From assembly GCF_004010195.1 (NCBI RefSeq), contig NC_057718.1, positions 95,558,506-95,578,505 on the forward strand: a stretch of DNA of 20,000 nucleotides, given 5' to 3'. Position numbers and translations under genes: made by a program. Source of the DNA: Chiloscyllium plagiosum (lineage: Eukaryota). The notes under the pieces are model-generated. The model searched no databases. It worked only from the letters and a program-made list of their open reading frames with translations, and was not told the origin of the DNA. Below, piece by piece: positions 10,748 to 20,000 of this stretch; position 1 is the stretch's first letter; every line of letters begins with the position of its first letter.

Positions 10748-13700
10748 TGTTAGGGACCAGGCCAGACACCCTCAAAACATTTCAGGAAAGTAGCCCAGAT
10801 CCTTTCTTTGCTGGTTGTTTTAAGGTATACTGCGGATATTCCAGGAGTGATGCAGTTGGTCAAACCACATAGTTTTAAACAAAACAGAATTTATTTACAA
10901 GATTACCAAATGAAACACAAACAAGACGGCTCAAATTAATTCAGCAGGAGGATGGGAACCTAAACTGTAGTTCCAGTGTCCAGGAAGTTGAGAGTAGTGA
11001 AGTCAGAAATAAGGCATCAAAGGTCACAAGAGCACACTGGCAAGCAGGAAAGTGGTTTGAAGTGTGTCTACTTCAACGCCAGGAGCATCTGGAATAAGGT
11101 GGGTGAGCTTGCACCATGGGTTGGTAGCTGAGACTTTGATGTTGTGGCCATTTCAGAGACATGGATAGAGCAGAGACAGGAATGGTTGTTGCAGTTTCTG
11201 GGATTTAGATGTTTCCGTAAGAACAGAGAAGGTGGTAAAAGAGGGGGAGGTGTGGCATTGTTAGTCAAGGACAGTATTACGGTGGCAGGAAGAACATTTG
11301 AGAACTCATCTACTGAGGTAATATGGGCTGAGGTTAGAAACAGGAAAGGAAAGGTCACCTTGTTGGGAGTTTTCGACAGGTCTCCGAATAGTTCCAGAGA
11401 TACAGAGGAAAGGATTGCAGAGATAATCCTGGATAGGAGCGAGTGTGACCAGGTAGTTATAGGGAACTTTAACTTTCCAAATATTGACTGAAAATAGTAT
11501 AGTTAGAGTACTTTAGATGGATCAGTTTTTGTCGAATGCGTGCAGGAGAGTTTCCTAACACACTATGTTGAGAGGCCAACAAGGAGCAAGGGCCTGTTGG
11601 ATTTGGTACTGGGTAATGAACCCGGCCAGGTGTTAGATTTGTGATGGTGACCACAATTTGGTTATGTTTACTTTACCAATGGGCAAGAGCTACAGCTGGG
11701 GGGGGGAAAGGCAATTACGATGCAATTAGACAAGATTCAGGATGCATAGGATGGGGAAAGAAACTGCAGGGGATGGGCACAATTGAAATATGGAGCTTAT
11801 TCAAGGAACAGCTACTGCGTGTCCTTGATAAGTATGTACCTGTCAGGCAGGGAGCAAGTGGTCGAGCGGGGGAGCCATGGTTTACAAAAGAAGTCAAATC
11901 TCTTGTCAAGAGCAAGAAGGAGGCTTACGTTAGGATGAGACGTGAAGGTCTCAGGGTGCTTGAGAGTTACAAGTTAGCCAGGAAAAACCTAAAGAGAAAG
12001 CTAAGAAGAGCCAGGAGGGGACGTGAGAAGTTGTTGGTGGATAGGATCAAGGAAAACACAAAGGCTTGCTATAGGTATATCAGGAAGAAAAGAATGACAA
12101 GAGTAAGATTAGGGCCAGTCAAGGACTGTAGTGGGAAGTTGTGCATGGAATCCGACGAGATAGGAGAAGCACTAAATGAATATTTTTCGTCAGTATTCAC
12201 ACTGGAAAAAGACAATGTCGTCGAGGAGAATACTGATATTCAGGCTATTAGACTAGATGGGATCGAGGTTCACAAGGAGGAGGTGTTAGCAATTCTGGAA
12301 AGTGTGAAATAGATAAATCCCCTTTAGCCAGATGGTATTTATCTTAGGATTCTCTGGGAAGCCAGGGAGGAGATTGCAGAGCCTTTGGCTTTAATCTTTA
12401 TGTCATTATTGTCTACAAAAATAGTGCCAGAAGACTGGAGGATAGCAAATGTTGTTCCCTTGTTCAAGAAGGGGAGTAGAGACAACCCTGGTAATTATAG
12501 ACCAGTGAGTCTTTCTTCGGTTGTGGGTAAAGTGTTGAAAAAGGTTATAAGAGATAGGATTTATAATCAACTGCAAAGGAATAAGTTGGAATAGTCAACA
12601 CTGTTTTGCGAAGGGTAGGCCATGGCTCACAAACCTTATTGAGTTCTTTGAGAAGGTGACCAAACAGGTGGATGAGGGTAAAGCGGTTTATGTGTTGTAC
12701 ATGGATTTCAGTAAGGTGTTTGATAAGGTTCCACACAGTAGGCTACTGCACAAAACACGAAGGCACGGGATTGAGGGTGATTTCGGGGTTTAGATCAGAA
12801 ATTGGCTAGCTGAAAGAAGACAGATGGTGATGGTTGATGGGAAACGTTCATCCTGGTGTTCAGCTACTAGTGGTGTACTGCAAGTATCTGTTTTGGAGCC
12901 ACTGCTGTTTGTCATTTTTATAAATGACCTGGATGAGGGCATAGAAGGATGGGTTTGTAAATTTGCAGAAGACACGAAGGTCGATGGATTTGTGGATAGT
13001 GCTGAAGCATGTTGTAGGTTACAGAGGGACATAGATAAGCTGCAGGGCTAGGCTGAGAGGTGGCAAATGGGGTTTAATGCGGAAAAGTGTGAAGTCATTC
13101 ACTTTGGTAGGAGCAACAAGAATAAAGAGTACTGGGCTAATGGTTAGATTCTTGGTTGTGTAGCTGAGCAGAGAGATCTAGGTGTCCAGGTACATAGATC
13201 CTTGAAAGTTACCTCCCAGGTTGATAGGGTTGTTAAGAAGGCATACAGTGTGTTAGCTTTTATTGGTAGAGAGATTGATTTTCAGAGTCATGCGATCATG
13301 CTGCAGCAGTACAAAACTCTGGTAAGGCTACACTTGGAGTATTGTGTACAGTTCTGGTCACCGCATTATACAAAGGACGTGGAAGCTTTGATAAGGGGTC
13401 AGAAGTGATTTACCAGGATGTTGCCTGAATAGTGTAGAATTGATGGGCTTCACAGATTGGTTCCACAGGTTGGTGCAACATAGAGGACTGAAGGGCCTGT
13501 ACTGCGCTGTAATGTTCTAACAGAATACCAAATAACTTAACCTTGTTCCATGTTAGCTGTTTCTTGGATCAGCAGCCTCAAACTGCCTGACTGCTCTCAG
13601 TGAATAGTCAGACTGTCAAATCAAACCAAACCAGAGAAAAGATGAGCTGGGAGTATTAGTCACTCCCCTTTCTTTGTAGAAGTTTTTTTTTTAAATAAGT

Positions 13701-13852
13701 TGAAAGCCTTTTTCCTGAGACAGTATCTGTTAACTAAAATCAAACTGGCCCTAAAACCCTTGAAACCCAACATTCAGAACCAGTGTTGTTATAACCTCCT
13801 GAAAAAGAAATCAAGGGCAACATAATCGTGTTAAAGGAGCAGCATCATCACA
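10748..13852 (-). mobile_element. Probable solo LTR (halves 10748-10924 and 13520-13852) split by a CR1 insertion
   Basis: TG...CA termini (TGTTA...TCACA), 4 bp direct flank catc at 10744-10747 and 13853-13856, and AATAAA on the minus strand near 10890. Confidence 0.55.
10925..13519 (+). mobile_element. CR1-clade LINE, 5'-truncated, degenerate ORF2 (APE endonuclease plus RT) with internal deletions and 3' tail
   Basis: EN motifs AISETW, RKNREGGKRGGGVALLVK and GNFNFPNID; linker PWFTKEVK and LNEYFSSVFT; RT PEDWRIANVVPLFKKGSRDNPGNYRPVSL, PLLFVIFINDLD, KFAEDTK and LEYCVQFWSP; tail gaagggcctgtactgcgctgtaatgttcta. Many stops and frameshifts. Confidence 0.95.
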
Positions 13853-14824
13853 CATCAGTATTCCTGTGACTAATTGAGACGAAATTTATTACAATATGTC
13901 CATATATAATGACCGAGCATTGTTAGCTGTGTTCTGGAGGGCTGCTTTAGAGAAAAATTGGACTAAGAGTTACCCATATTCCTGGCACTTGCCGATATGC
14001 CCTGACCAGATAGATTCCAGGAAACATACATTTTAATGTGCGCTGGGAACATTGAGCGTAGGAAAGTGTGGCTTCTCCTGGAAGGACTATTGATTAGATT
14101 TGAGTGGAAGCTGTTTGCTGGGTGCAAGAATATTATATAGAATATGCAGTACTGAAACAATCAGTCCACGCTAGCATTAATGCTCCACTTGAATTCCACA
14201 CCACCCCATTCTGACCAGTTCAACTTCAGTGACATTAACTTCTATTCCTTTTTCCCTGATACATATATCTACCCTTGTTTTGAATGCATCACTGTATTCA
14301 CCTCAATCACACTGTGAAGAGATTACTAAGCACCACATTGAAAGCAGAGGTGATACCAAATGAGGAGCAATAGACGGAAGGAGGGGGTAAGGGTCACAAG
14401 CGCAGTGGCAGGGCTCGCATGTACGTATGTTAGACAAGATACAAACAGAGTTGCATTGACAAAATTAACAAGCAGTTTATGAACTTACTTGAGAATCTTC
14501 AGTGCACCTTAGAATGCTGAAAAAGTGCTATTTGTATGTATTCAGACATACGTAAAGGCATGCATGAAATTTGGTATGGTTTGGAACAACCTTTTGCTTC
14601 TGAGACCCTCCTCCCAAGATATAAAACTTTCACAGACCCCTACATACAGGAATGTTTACTGTATAAAAAAATCAGTATAAGCCCAGCCAGCAAAGCTCAC
14701 TTACTCTTAGATGAATCTCAAAAAAGCAATATTAGATAGGGATAATATTATTATTATCGGGGTCAATCACTCACTCTTTTCTCTGGAATTCAGATCTTTT
14801 GTCTATGTTTAGAACAAGACTGTG

Positions 14825-15460
14825 AAGAAGTCTGGAGCCGCGTGGCTCGTGTGGAACCCAAAATGAGCATCGGTGAGCAGGCTATTGCTAAGTATTTGTT
14901 CCATGATTGCACAGCCAGTGGCACCTTCCCATCAGTCAGTAGATTAATGCGGTGATAATCAGCCAGATTGGATTTGGCTTGCTTTTCAGGGACAGGGGGT
15001 ACTGGGCAATTTTTCCCATGGCTGGCTATTTGTCAGTATTGGAGCTGTAAAGGAATAGGTTGACTCAGGGTGGAGCTGGTACTTGAGCACATGAGTTCGG
15101 TGGGGCTGCTGAGGTATTACCAGGACCCACAACTGTGCAGTGCCTTCAGCTGTTTCTTCATATCACAGAATCCCTACCAGTGCAGGTAGAAGCCTTTCAG
15201 TCCATTGAGTCAGCATCAACCCTTTGAAAAGCATCCCACTCAGTCCCACTGTAAATCCACTGATCCACCTAACCTGCACATCTTTGGATTTTGAAACTGA
15301 AGTACCTGGTGCAAACTCCACACAGACCCTTGGAGAACATGCAAACTCCACGCAGACAGTAGCCCAAGGCTGGAATTGAACTTGGATCCTTGGCACTGTG
15401 AGGCGGTAAAGTGAACCGCTGTGTCACCATGCTGCCCTATACATCATGTGGAGCGAATGA
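14825..15460 (-). mobile_element. Old LINE (CR1/L2-like) fragment interrupted by a SINE
   Basis: GC-richer diverged segment (ggatttggcttgcttttcagggacagg...actgggcaatttt) resembling antisense RT sequence, continuing across the SINE. Boundaries are approximate. Confidence 0.45.
15163..15437 (-). mobile_element. HE1-like V-SINE (internally deleted)
   Basis: Reverse complement head gggcagcatggtgacacagcgg...ccaagttcaattccagccttggg, V-domain and ccaaagatgtgcaggttaggtggat. Confidence 0.88.
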
Positions 15461-15719
15461 AGATATGAATCTTTTAAACTACTTAAACATCTGATTGATG
15501 GGTTGAATGGCTGCTTTATGTGCCAGAACTTTTCTGTAGTTAAATGGTGTATCACCTGTTAAGCTTCTAACTCAAGGGACTATAAGCCTTTGCAAGCTGA
15601 CCTCATAATTTGACACCATTATCATGGCAAGAGGGTTATATATAATAAACTTGTTCCTTTGCATCACTGCAATTTAAATAGTAGGTAATTAGTAAATAAA
15701 TCATGTCAAGCAATCCTAC

Positions 15720-15933
15720 CCAGCATTCAGCTCTGCTTTGTCCACTTGATTCTGTGGCCTGTACATTTTGGCCAGTGCCTCTGGTGTAAGGATTGGCCGG
15801 CTGACAGCCAGAATGTTACAGTTCCGTTCGGCGAGAGGACTATCACTGAACCATGTAATTGTAGAAGAGACAGGTGTTCCATTGACAGGGTCGTATATGG
15901 GAGTCATCGTCTTGCTGTATAGACCAGGACTTG
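15720..15933 (-). CDS. FERMT1: Kindlin-1 (fermitin family homolog 1) coding exon, equivalent to human exon 5 (F1 loop/F1 region)
   Basis: Acceptor tgcacag|CA at 15934/15933 and donor GG|gtagga at 15720/15719; 214 nt, phase 1 to 2. Translates [71 protein letters not shown], recognisably kindlin-1 ([15 protein letters not shown]...TWFSDSPL...LNAG). Confidence 0.95.
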
Positions 15934-16073
15934 CTGTGCAACGAGACAAGTGACAAAATGTTTATATCATTGACACTGAAGCACTCTGATATTTATTAGA
16001 AGTGAGCAAATACAAAATGAAGCAATAACCTTTGTGCTGATGTTTGGTGTCTTCACAGGATAGAGGTCTAAAT

Positions 16074-16439
16074 CTGGTTCGTTACTTTAATTTGGACCGA
16101 TGACAGATGTGCATTGCAGGAAGTTATAAAGACTGGCTACACCATAATTAACTAACTACAAAGCAGAAACGACATAATATGTAAATATTTCACTCGGTTA
16201 TTGTGTTAATGGTATCATAAAGGCAAGATGTCCTCTGAATGCTTTTTCTTGTAAAGTTGGTAAACATCCATTTTAGAATTTCACTATAAATAGTAAACAC
16301 CCTTCAATATTGGTGGAGGGGATTTCCACCCACAGTCCCAATATATGTGCAGCAAAACTTGAGAAATTGCCTTGCTCTTCCTATTATAACATACAATAAA
16401 ATGCAAGAAATCTGAAGACAAATCTTAAGAACACAATAG
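16074..16439 (+). repeat. Copy 1 of a diverged ~365 bp direct duplication
   Basis: Collinear blocks shared with 18289-18965: ctggttc.ttactttaatttggac.gatgac, ggcaagatgtcctct.aatgct.tttcttgtaaagttg, ggatttccaccca.agt.ccaata, taacatacaataaaa and aagacaa.tcttaa.aacacaa. Confidence 0.88.
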
Positions 16440-16629
16440 ATTACAACAAACAAACAGTATTGGTGCTGTTCCACATTAACAATTGTTATGATCATTAAAA
16501 CAAACATTACCATCGTGTTCTTAATATAATTAGTCAGTAACCATGGCAATACCAAGCGCATGTACACAACATTTACTTTTGCAGTCACGCCTCAATCATG
16601 CTCTGGCAAAGTAGAAACTAGGTTTTATG

Positions 16630-17220
16630 GAAATTCTAGACTTAGTCATTGAATTTAAATGCCACCAGCTGCTGTGGTCAGATTTGAACCCATGCCCCTT
16701 GAGCACTGGCCTGTGCCTCTGAATTATTAGTTTGACTTTTCCTTTATCATTGTGAGAGATATTGGCATTGCTGGGCAAGGTTGGCATTGTTTGCCCATCT
16801 CCAGTTGCTCTTGAGCTGTCTCTCGGCCATTCCAGAGAACAATTTTTAAAAAAGTCAGAAACATTCCCGAGGACCTGGAGTCACATCAGGTAAGGGTGGT
16901 GGATTCCCTTCTCTGAAGGGCATTACGGAATCAAATGCTTTTCAAGACAAGCCAATGATAGTTCCGCCATGAAACGGATCCCAGATTTATTAATTGACTT
17001 TAAATTCCACCAGTGTCCTCATTAGTTTTAAGGATTTCCTTCTCTAAAAATGAGTGAACCAGATGGATATTTACAACAATAGACAATGGTTCCTTTGTCA
17101 CCATGAGATATGTTTTAATTTCGGATTTCATTGACTCAAATTTCACCATTTGTTGTAGTGGGATTCAAATCCATGTCCCTAGTAGGCTCTGGATTACTAC
17201 TCCCATGATATTACAACTAA
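16630..17220 (-). mobile_element. Cluster of old tRNA-derived SINE fragments (family of 2776-3100)
   Basis: Repeated blocks gaatttaaat.ccacca..gatttgaaccc, ctggagtcacat, gtgaaccagatgg..tttacaacaat and ggattcaaatcc...ctctggattact. Confidence 0.6.
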
Positions 17221-17432
17221 ATTGACACCTCCCCTTACCAAGTTATCATGCTGTTCCTGTGTGCTTCCAGTGGCTAAAGTGGCTAAAGTAAATATCTGAC
17301 AGAGCTCTTCATTCTGACAGCAGGGCGAATAAAGCATGGTCCAGGGTGAGAAGGAATTGTACTTAATCAAACACCTCCAATTTGAGGTTTTCAAGTATAT
17401 CACATTGAGTTATCTGACTGGAGTGTAGATCT

Positions 17433-17831
17433 TTGAGGAGAAAGTGAGGACTGCAGATGCTGGAGATCAGAGCTGAAAATGTGTTGCTGGAAAAACGCAG
17501 CAGGTCAGGCAGCATCCAAGGAACAGGACTTGGAAGTCAGTTTGACTTCCAAACTGACAATAAGTAACATAATAGAATCATTTAAAGTTTATTGGTGACC
17601 TGATGATCAATTTTTTTTTCTATCAGTTGGAGATTTTGCTTTTCCCTTAAGTAATCTGCAGAAACAGGTCAAACAAGTCACTTTGAAATAGCACCTACGA
17701 ACTAGCCAAGAATGTAAATGTGTGACACCAAGGAACATTCCTGAAGAAGGGCTTATGCCCGAAACGTCGATTCTCCTGCTCCTTGGATGCTGCCTGACCT
17801 GCTGCGCTTTTCCAGCAACACATTTTCAGCC
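17433..17831. mobile_element. Penelope-like fold-back insertion (same family as 3367-3612) containing captured flanking DNA
   Basis: Same terminus ggagaaagtgaggactgcagatgc; inverted arms 17472-17528 and 17774-17830; hammerhead-like core at 17741-17768; 15 bp direct flank ctggagtgtagatct at 17418-17432 and 17832-17846. Confidence 0.82.
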
Positions 17832-18128
17832 CTGGAGTGTAGATCTATCAGACTGTGATGTGAAAAGGCAGAAATCTGTTGAATTCCTACTCTTAAGAAT
17901 CCCCATTTTAAATATTTTTAAATTAATTGCACCCAACTTATCTTTCAAGAATGGTTTTCTACAGCAGTTGCCAATCAATATCTCAGTGACTTGTTTGACC
18001 TGTTTCTGCAGATTACTTAAGGGAAAAGCAAAATCTCCAACTGATAGAAAAAAAAACATTGATCATCAGGTAACCAATAAACTTTAAATGATTCTATTAT
18101 GGTACTTATTGTCAGTTTGGAAGTCAAA
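17541..18128. repeat. Near-perfect inverted repeat, 17541-17682 versus 17985-18128
   Basis: Read by eye as reverse complements with about 2 substitutions and a 2 bp indel next to the A/T run. Confidence 0.93.
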
Positions 18129-18288
18129 GAAAGAATAATGAGGTCCAGGGCAATACTTAGACTTGACTCTTGTAGAGACCTAAGCCAACAATGCAGAGGT
18201 AAGAGGAAAGTGCATTAAAGAGGTTGAAATAAAGACAAAATTCTGCAGAGTCTGGAAATCTGATTCAAAAATATCTACACTGGTGAAA

Positions 18289-18965
18289 CTGGTTCATTAC
18301 TTTAATTTGGACTGATGACAGTTAGGGCAGCACGGTGGCTCAATGGTTAGCACTGCTGCCTCACAGTGCCAGGGACCCAGGTTCGATTCCGATCTCGGAC
18401 GACTGTCTGTGTGGAGTTTTCACATTCTCCCCTTGTCTGTATGGGTTTCCTCTGGGTGCTCCAGTTTCCTCCCACAATCCAAAGATGTGCAGGTTAGGTG
18501 GATTGGCCATGCTAAATTGCCCCTAATGTTAGGTGCATTTGTCAAGGGTAAATGTTGGGTCAGTGTGGACTTGTTGGGCCAAAGGTCCTGTCTCCACACT
18601 GTAGGGAATCTAATCTAATCATTATGGTGTAGCCATAATGCACATCTAAGTACAAAGTAGAAACAACATAACATGAAAACATTTCACTCTGTCATTGTGT
18701 TACTGGTGTCAGAAAGCCATTGGCAAGATGTCCTCTAAATGCTATTTCTTGTAAAGTTGATAAAAATTCATTTTAGATCTTCAGTCCAATTTTACTGCAA
18801 ATAGTGAACAGAAAAAATTATCCGTCAATGGTGGTTGGCAGTGGGGGGCGGATTTCCACCCATAGTTCCAATACTTGCAGCATGTAAAACTCGATAAAAT
18901 TCATAGCTTTTCCCATGTAACATACAATAAAAGAAATCCAAAGACAAGTCTTAAAAACACAACAG
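18289..18965 (+). repeat. Copy 2 of the diverged duplication, interrupted by an HE1-like SINE
   Basis: See copy 1; homology resumes after the SINE tail at 18621. Confidence 0.88.
18325..18620 (+). mobile_element. HE1-like V-SINE, full length
   Basis: gggcagcacggtggctcaatggttagcactgctgcctcacag...ggttcgattcc, V-domain and tail aatctaatctaatc. Confidence 0.93.
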
Positions 18966-19250
18966 CTTGCTGCTGCTAGATTTATTCTATTGGTGTTCCT
19001 TCTCCTGGATGGGGGGAAATAGCAAGGAATTTTGCTGAATTTGCCTTTGCTCAGGGTGTGTTTCTAGGATGCTGCTACATTGATGAGTAGTAGTTAAGAT
19101 ATATATTATTTTAAATATGTTGATAGAGTTAAAGTTATGCCAATTTTTATTTTAATTTATATTTTAACTCTGGTGTAAGAATAAGTGATTTTTGCTTAAA
19201 GTCTAGGAATTGAATCACATCATAAGATCTTATACTTGCCTCTAAATAAG

Positions 19251-19480
19251 ATAAAGAACAAAGGAAATTACAGCACAGAACAGGCCCTTCGGCCCTCCCT
19301 GCAACGATCTGATCCTCTGTCTAAACCTGTCACCTATTTTCTAAGGATCTGTATCCCTTGCTCCCTGCTCATTCATATATCTGTCTAGATACATCTTAAA
19401 TGATGCTATCATACCCGCCTCTACCGGCAAAGCGTTCCAGTCACCCACCATCCTCTGTGTAAAGAAATTTACACGCATAT
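19251..19480 (-). mobile_element. CR1 LINE 3' end (inverted)
   Basis: acagcacagaacaggcccttcggccc is the reverse complement of the CR1 3' stem; gcgttccagtcacccaccatcctctgtgtaaagaa is antisense F.FTQRMVGDWNAL. Confidence 0.8.
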
Positions 19481-20000
19481 TTTCTGATTCAGTATGTGGA
19501 TGTACCTACTAAGGAAGGTGCAAAACTTGACCTACTCTTGGGAAATAAGGCATGGCAGGTGACTGAAGTGTCAGTGGAGGAGCACTTTGGGGCCAGTGAC
19601 CATAATTCTATTTGTTTTTAAATAGTGATGGAAAAGGATAGACCAGATCTAAAAGTTGAAGTTCTAAATTGGAGAAAGGTCAATTTTGACGGTATTAGGC
19701 AAGAACTTTTGAAAACTGATTGGATGCAGATGTTTGCAGGTAAAGGGACAGCTGGAAAATGGGAAGCCTTCAGAAATTAGATAACAAGAATCCAGAGAAA
19801 GTATATTCCTGTCAGGGTGAAAGGGAAGGCTGGTAGGTATAGGGAATGCTGGATGACTAAAGAAATTAAGGGTTTAGTTAAGAAAGAGAAGGAAGCATAT
19901 GTCAGGTACAGACAGTAAACATCGAGTGGATCCTTAGAAGAGTATAAAGAAAGTAGGAGTATACTTAAGAGGGAAATCAGGAGGGCAAAACGGGGACATG
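19481..20000 (+). mobile_element. CR1 LINE ORF2 fragment (end of endonuclease plus linker), runs off the window
   Basis: FLIQYVDVPTKEGAKLDLLLGN...EHFGASDHNSI (SDH motif of the APE endonuclease), then NWRKVNFDGIRQEL and WMTKEIKGLVKK; contains stops. Confidence 0.9.

Noticed and set aside
6893..15933. Assignment to FERMT2 or FERMT3
   Set aside because: [29 protein letters not shown] and LNAGWLD match recalled kindlin-1 rather than its paralogues; a phylogeny or synteny check would be final.
18990..19250. Possible second LTR fragment
   Set aside because: AT-rich and vaguely LTR-like, but no TG..CA ends or TSD could be defined.
15934..20000. Upstream FERMT1 exon 4 (EELSLL plus poly-lysine)
   Set aside because: No matching minus-strand frame found by eye; probably beyond the right edge of the window.
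1..20000. Prokaryotic-type systems (CRISPR arrays, operons, retrons)
   Set aside because: The sequence is vertebrate intron/exon DNA with no regularly spaced repeats, and all RT motifs are CR1 LINE-type.

Overview
Eukaryotic genomic DNA, most likely from a shark or other elasmobranch, judged from the HE1-type V-SINEs, CR1 LINEs and Penelope-type repeats. The window lies inside a kindlin gene on the minus strand. Four consecutive coding exons (15720-15933, 10276-10378, 8729-8836, 6893-7024) splice in frame with GT-AG sites and match FERMT1/kindlin-1 in sequence and in exon size (214/103/108/132 nt). The introns are filled with retroelement debris: degraded CR1 LINEs, five HE1-like SINEs, older tRNA-derived SINEs and a probable solo LTR split by a CR1. 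There are also four Penelope-like terminal fragments carrying minimal hammerhead-ribozyme motifs; three of them are small fold-back insertions with 11-15 bp target-site duplications. The most unusual observations are: a Penelope-like insertion that captured an inverted ~142 bp copy of its own flanking intron DNA; an intact minimal hammerhead at 9491-9525; an old ~365 bp duplication whose copies differ by a 49 bp micro-inversion later hit by a SINE; and a candidate alternative exon with the same phase as FERMT1 exon 9. I see no evidence for a new protein-coding system. An assembly gap (198 N) lies at 880-1077.
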